Source: a virus
DNA: 64,000 nt
Strand: one strand, 5' to 3'
Virus record (IMG/VR): IMGVR_UViG_3300044632_002025
Shown here: piece after piece, positions 59,453 to 64,000 of the stretch
Position numbering within the stretch: position 1 is the stretch's first letter
Layout: each line of letters starts with the position of its first letter
Translations under genes and position numbers: made by a program
Notes under the pieces: model-generated
The model's database searches: none
What the model saw: only the letters and a program-made list of their open reading frames with translations
Told to the model about the DNA's origin: nothing

Positions 59453-59896
59453 ATGGAAACACCATATACACCCACTCCCTCAGTATTTGACTTTCAAGGT
59501 ATCCCCTATGCTTGGGGTGGTAAATCCTATAAAGAAGGACTGGATTGTTTTGGATTAACGAACCAAGTCTATAGAAAATTTAATTGTGAGCAGATTAATG
59601 GTTATGATTGGGTCTATGGGGAGTATGGCTCTGATTCTGATTTACCTACTGGTAAATTGGCGGAACTTTGTGATACTCTGGAACGAGAAGAAAGCCAAGT
59701 AATATCAACTTTAGACCTGGTTCTTATTGATTGGTGGGGTAAACACGGTTTAGGAGTTATTGTAGAACACATGAACCAAAAATATGTGGTATATACAGGG
59801 AGTGCTGGTACTGGAACTAGCGCATTTATCCCCCTTAGAAGAATTAAACAACGAATAGTTAAATCTTGGAAATGTGTTAAGGGGGGCGGAAAGTGA
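59453..59896 (+). CDS. NlpC/P60-family tail peptidase (gpK-like)
   Basis: GIPYAWGGKSYKEGLDCFGLTNQVY carries the NlpC/P60 catalytic Cys context. Positioned as lambda K. Confidence 0.7.
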   Translation: METPYTPTPSVFDFQGIPYAWGGKSYKEGLDCFGLTNQVYRKFNCEQINGYDWVYGEYGSDSDLPTGKLAELCDTLEREESQVISTLDLVLIDWWGKHGLGVIVEHMNQKYVVYTGSAGTGTSAFIPLRRIKQRIVKSWKCVKGGGK

Positions 59897-61506
59897 TTAA
59901 CCCTGAGAAAAATTTTCAAGACTTCTTTTTTAGTCTAAGTTTAAAAACAGAGTCTAAACTTGCCAATGTTCCCGTGTCCGTGGTTAGTGAAGATTTAAAA
60001 ATTTATAATGGGAGAATGGGTGGAGCAATTGCTCTGGGTATTGTAGGGGGGGCAATCGGGTTTTTCACGGGGGGTACAAGTTTCCTTTTCACCGGTTTAA
60101 CTCTAGGATTTGCTCTGGGTTCTGCCTTATTTGGCTCAGAGCCTAAAAAGAAGAAAAAACCCCGTGCGCCTAGTTCTTCTTTTTCCTCCATGTCTGGGGA
60201 TGATATAGCAATACAAGGCTCCGCTATTCCAATTATTTATGCTAGTAGAAGCAAAAACCCTAAAGGGGGAGTTAGGGCTACTGGGAAACTAATTGCTTGT
60301 AAAGTGGAAAATCTTGGTGATTCAGCTTATCAGTACAATATTATTGCCCTTAGCTTAGGGGAAATAGGCACAATAGATTCCAGTCTAATGCTTATCGATG
60401 GCCAAACAATAGAGAGATTCTATGCTGAAGATTTAACCTTTAATTATTTAATTGGGACTCCTACTTACTATAATGATGCGGCACAGGGTAGTTTACCTAC
60501 CGAATTTAACTTCTTTGGTCAGTGTATAACTCCTAACACCTATAATCTACTTGGTTCGTCCAGAAGGGCGCAATCTAAATCTACCTCCCAACAAGGGACA
60601 ACGGTAGCAATTAATACTTGGCAAACCTCTAATTGTTATGTTTCTGGGCGCAATGGTAATTCAGTCCTAATAACAAAAAATGCGGGTTCAACAAGTAACC
60701 CCGATGCCTACGCCCAGTCTAATGAAAATGTTAGGGATGGGGGCGGTAGTATAGGTTGGAGTCTAACAAACAATCGTAGGGTAGCGGTAGGTTACGGTAC
60801 TAGGGGTAGTAGCAATATTACTTATGGCATCCTTAACGACATTGTAGTTACCCCCCAGCCTGTCCCCCCGTCTCCCCCTCCCCCCGCCGAACCCCTTACT
60901 GTTACTACTTATCCCGTCGTTTTAATCCATAACGGTTCACCAGTAGCTATCTCCGGTGCAACTTGGTCAGTAAATGACACCTTTCAAGTTGAGTTGGGTA
61001 ATGACGGGGGTAATAAAGTGGTTAAATATAGCCAAAATGGAAATCTCCTAGTGGCGTACTCCGGTGTGAATTGGGGTAGTCTTCCAGCTAAGGGGGTAAT
61101 TTATGATATAGGGACATCCATAAACATAACTTCTTCTGTGGGTATAAGTTTCCCCACTGGTAATTTTGGGGTAGATGTTGTAAACTCTACTCAAGATACT
61201 GCCACACTGGTAGTCTATGAAGATGAGCAAGATTCTATTGAAAATTGGAGTCGCTTCACACCTGCTGAAATTTATGAGGTTAACTCTGCTAGATTTAGGG
61301 TACTAAAGAAAAACGATGCAAGCCGTCAAATCACTATTACCCCCTCAGTCAATATATCAGAAGATGATGACATTTATTGTGTTTGGGAATCTTATTATCA
61401 AACCAGTAAAAAAGTGACCAATATTGTGATAAATTTTGAAGGTATGTTTTTCTCTCGTAGAAAACCGGTTAATGCTGATTCTGGGAAAGCAGGAGGTAAA
61501 AAGTAA
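59893..61506 (+). CDS. Tail assembly/tip protein with a gpI-like glycine-rich hydrophobic N-terminal segment
   Basis: GGAIALGIVGGAIGFFTGGTSFLFTGLTLGFALGSALFG is followed by a K-rich stretch. Positioned between the K-like and J-like genes. Confidence 0.4.
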   Translation: MINPEKNFQDFFFSLSLKTESKLANVPVSVVSEDLKIYNGRMGGAIALGIVGGAIGFFTGGTSFLFTGLTLGFALGSALFGSEPKKKKKPRAPSSSFSSMSGDDIAIQGSAIPIIYASRSKNPKGGVRATGKLIACKVENLGDSAYQYNIIALSLGEIGTIDSSLMLIDGQTIERFYAEDLTFNYLIGTPTYYNDAAQGSLPTEFNFFGQCITPNTYNLLGSSRRAQSKSTSQQGTTVAINTWQTSNCYVSGRNGNSVLITKNAGSTSNPDAYAQSNENVRDGGGSIGWSLTNNRRVAVGYGTRGSSNITYGILNDIVVTPQPVPPSPPPPAEPLTVTTYPVVLIHNGSPVAISGATWSVNDTFQVELGNDGGNKVVKYSQNGNLLVAYSGVNWGSLPAKGVIYDIGTSINITSSVGISFPTGNFGVDVVNSTQDTATLVVYEDEQDSIENWSRFTPAEIYEVNSARFRVLKKNDASRQITITPSVNISEDDDIYCVWESYYQTSKKVTNIVINFEGMFFSRRKPVNADSGKAGGKK

Positions 61507-63359
61507 TGGGTGGTAAGACGCAAGCTGACGCATCCAATTTTGAAGATATTTATCCCTATGGGGTAGCCTTTGATGTATACATACAACCTCTGACTAATGA
61601 GGAAGGTGAACCAATAGCTTTTTCTGAGGGAAATTGGCAATTCTTAAAGACAATTTTTATTAGGGAGAAATCTGAGAATGCTAAACAGTTTAAGTTTGAG
61701 ATTCGTAATCTCCCTTATGGTCGCTACTATGTTAAGTTAAAACCGTATACTACTGCCCCTAGTAGCACATCAAATACCATAAAATTAAGTTGTACGGGGG
61801 AAAATGCGGAAATAACTACCCCTTACACTCTAAGAGGAAAAAATGTAGGCTTAAGGGGGGAGTTCTCATCGCAACCTTCTAACCAAGATATGGCAAAAAC
61901 CATTAACTATGATGAGGAAAAGAGAATAGTATCGTCAGAAAGTGGTGCGCCCATCCGAATTACCACTGTTTCAGAAGTTGTCATACCCTCTGAAATAAGT
62001 AAAATTGCTAACTACAAGGGTGTAGCAATAGTGGGAGTGAAAATAAAGGCCTCTGACCGTATAAGTTCATCACCTGAAGTATCCTTCTTTGTCTCAGAAG
62101 GGAGAAAGATTCGTAATCATCTTCACTATGGGACTCAACAATCTCTGACCCCTTCAAATCAAATTACTGATACTACCGTAGACTATTCAGAAATCCCTGA
62201 GTTAACCATTGGTCAAACCAAAGTAAGAAACTTAGATACTAAACAAGAGGGTGGTGTTACAGCTTTATCTAATAACCGTATCACGGCGGGTATTACCCTA
62301 AACCCAAAAGACCGCTATATTGTTTTTAATTATGCGGCTTCTAATTATTTCCCAGATATTTATGTGGATTGGCTAATTAACCCCGAAGGTGGTTTAGGTG
62401 CTGTTATTGATGGGGATGAGGACATTGATTACTCCTCAATTGTAGAGACTAGAAAATTTGTCCGAGAGAATGGATTCTTTTGGGACGGGGTTATCTCGGA
62501 AACAGAAAGTTTATCTTCTAAAGTAACTCAAGAAGCTGGTCTATCCTTACTCTACCCTTATTCACCTAATGGGTTATTCGGATTGACTATGGAGAACGAG
62601 GATAGATTACCAATAGCAGTTTTTAACTCATCTAACATCCTTAAAGATTCCTTTGAAGAAAGTGTTCTACCTTGGCAAGATACCAGCGTTAACCAAGTGA
62701 TTGTGGTCTATACGGATGGTACTGATAATCAACGCCCTGCTACCGCCGTTATAGCCCGTACACAAGAATTAGATAATGGCTGGGAAAAGTTAAACTCCAT
62801 CACTATCCAAGCTCCTTCGATTACCAATCCTGAACAGGCTAAAACCGTGGCAGGGGTAACTCTTAACTCTAAACGATTACAAGACCGTAACATTCGATTT
62901 AGAACTGCCACTCAGGGTTTATTCTTATCCCCTGGTGAAGCCATTTTAGTTCAACATCAGACCACTGAATTTAGTTATGAACTGTCTGGTTATGTGACTG
63001 AGACGGAGGATTATGATACCTTGGGGCAAACACAAAGAGTTCTTTTATCTCGTTACCCTTCACCATTTATAACTTCCGATTACCGTGCCACAATCCAACT
63101 CCAGACTACCGGTGAAGTTATCACTGATTTGCCATTTACTCTGGAACAAGTGGGTGGTAAAACTTATATGAATCTTAGTGAACTACCGTCGCCCGTATCC
63201 CTGTATGACCCTGTGGTTGTTGGTAGAGATATGATTGAAAATAAAGTTTATCGTATACAATCTCTTTCCATAAGTGAATCAGGAGAAATAAGTATCGATG
63301 CCGTAATTTGGTCGGATAAGCTTTTCGATTTCACTAATCTGGAGTTTATTTTCCAATGA
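61506..63359 (+). CDS. gpJ-like central tail hub / host specificity protein
   Basis: YKGVAIVGVKIKASDRISSSPEVSFFVSEGRKI and ITNPEQAKTVAGVTLNSKRLQDRNIRFRTATQGLFLSPGEAILV parallel lambda J YPNTALVGVQVDSEQFGS..RGRIL and CTSRGQAHRAGLWLIKTELLETQTVDFSVGAEGLRHVPGDVIEI. Confidence 0.7.
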   Translation: MGGKTQADASNFEDIYPYGVAFDVYIQPLTNEEGEPIAFSEGNWQFLKTIFIREKSENAKQFKFEIRNLPYGRYYVKLKPYTTAPSSTSNTIKLSCTGENAEITTPYTLRGKNVGLRGEFSSQPSNQDMAKTINYDEEKRIVSSESGAPIRITTVSEVVIPSEISKIANYKGVAIVGVKIKASDRISSSPEVSFFVSEGRKIRNHLHYGTQQSLTPSNQITDTTVDYSEIPELTIGQTKVRNLDTKQEGGVTALSNNRITAGITLNPKDRYIVFNYAASNYFPDIYVDWLINPEGGLGAVIDGDEDIDYSSIVETRKFVRENGFFWDGVISETESLSSKVTQEAGLSLLYPYSPNGLFGLTMENEDRLPIAVFNSSNILKDSFEESVLPWQDTSVNQVIVVYTDGTDNQRPATAVIARTQELDNGWEKLNSITIQAPSITNPEQAKTVAGVTLNSKRLQDRNIRFRTATQGLFLSPGEAILVQHQTTEFSYELSGYVTETEDYDTLGQTQRVLLSRYPSPFITSDYRATIQLQTTGEVITDLPFTLEQVGGKTYMNLSELPSPVSLYDPVVVGRDMIENKVYRIQSLSISESGEISIDAVIWSDKLFDFTNLEFIFQ

Positions 63360-63790
63360 GCAATCTTTCTTTTCCTGCTATAACTCCTGATTTTATGCGA
63401 GAGATTGAATTACCTCCTTATGGTATCCATATAGTGACATTCCCTGATGGGGGGGAAGTTCGACAAGTCCTATCAGAGCAAAGCACAAAGTCCAAAGTCA
63501 AACTAGAGTTTATTAACCGTAATGCTGTTGAAGTAGGAAATGTGTTAAACTTTTATAAGAATACCAGAGGTGTTTTTGGTAGTTTTACACTACCCCTATC
63601 TATTTGGCGACACCCTCTAGTATTGACAAATGCCTATTCCAATCTCCTGAAAAATATTGTCTGGCGTTTTGACCGTCCAATTAGTATAAAAACCATTAGA
63701 CAAGATGTATACTCTTTTGATACCTACCTAATATCCGTATCGCCTGTAACACCGCCTAACCCCAATAGTTTCCCTGACCAAATTCTATGA
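63356..63790 (+). CDS. gpM-like domain protein (third paralog)
   Basis: LPPYGIHIVTFPDGGEVRQV...VLNFYKNTRGVFGSFTLP...VWRFDRP...YSFDTYLISV. Confidence 0.5.
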   Translation: MSNLSFPAITPDFMREIELPPYGIHIVTFPDGGEVRQVLSEQSTKSKVKLEFINRNAVEVGNVLNFYKNTRGVFGSFTLPLSIWRHPLVLTNAYSNLLKNIVWRFDRPISIKTIRQDVYSFDTYLISVSPVTPPNPNSFPDQIL

Positions 63791-64000
63791 GTTTCCCTAA
63801 CTTTCACCCTACAAGAATTGAGGGCTTTACTCTCCCTGATTTCGGACTTCTAACCATTGAAGACCAAGCAGGGGAAGAGCGTAGAGCTATGCAATACACT
63901 GGTGGTAGGGATGCTAAGTTGGACGTTTTTTTTGAAGGGCTTAATGAGTCTCAAATTCTTGAACTATTAGATTTCTATAAAAATATTTATAGCTCTGGGA
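63787..64000 (+). CDS. gpM-like domain protein (fourth paralog), partial, runs off the right edge
   Basis: ATG 63787 overlaps the previous stop (ATGA). Translation MSFPNFHPTRIEGFTLPDFGLLTIEDQAGEERRAMQYTGGRDAKLDVFFEGLNESQILELLDFYKNIY. Not in the ORF track because it is open-ended. Confidence 0.55.
   Translation, partial: MSFPNFHPTRIEGFTLPDFGLLTIEDQAGEERRAMQYTGGRDAKLDVFFEGLNESQILELLDFYKNIYSSG

Noticed and set aside
1-64000. Integrase, att sites, reverse transcriptase (retron/DGR) or cas genes
   Set aside because: None of the listed ORFs shows tyrosine or serine recombinase, RT (YxDD) or Cas motifs. Lysogeny or retroelement-based systems are therefore not supported by this window.

Overview
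The window reads as a large part of the genome of a long-tailed siphovirus (free phage or prophage). A cyanobacterial host is my inference from gene content; I could not run any searches.

Layout:
- 1-2.1 kb: the end of an HsdS-like gene, an HNH endonuclease and two coupled minus-strand genes.
- 2.2-23.6 kb: a plus-strand DNA metabolism and replication module. It holds orphan C5 and N6 DNA methyltransferases, an SF1 helicase, a deoxynucleoside kinase, a minimal ribonucleotide reductase, and a mitochondrial Pol-gamma-like family A DNA polymerase. The polymerase is split inside motif A by a group I intron carrying an HNH homing endonuclease.
- 24-27.6 kb: a vanadium-haloperoxidase/PAP2-like gene and an R2-like diiron protein.
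- 27.6-37.7 kb: a minus-strand accessory island. It contains about 20 short, mostly acidic ORFs in several paralog families. Nearly every ORF has its own TTGACA-N17-CATAAT promoter, often preceded by a conserved palindrome or hairpin. Tandem repeat arrays and an ORF-less transcription unit are interspersed.
- 39.8-41.6 kb: a 1.8-kb ORF-free, repeat- and hairpin-rich region.
- 42.5-64 kb: a structural module with a scaffold-like protein, a major capsid protein, a 2612-aa tape measure protein and a lambda-like M-L-K-I-J tail tip. The gpM-like domain occurs four times. The module is interrupted by ThyX, a phage sigma factor and a T5orf172 protein.

Recurrent regulatory elements:
- a promoter plus leader of about 130 nt shared by the polymerase and sigma factor genes;
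- a TAGACAATAACGCCCAAA-type motif upstream of late genes.

The best candidate for an undescribed system is the cassette-structured accessory island and its associated operators and noncoding repeats. All functional calls rest on motif reading by eye, with no database searches.
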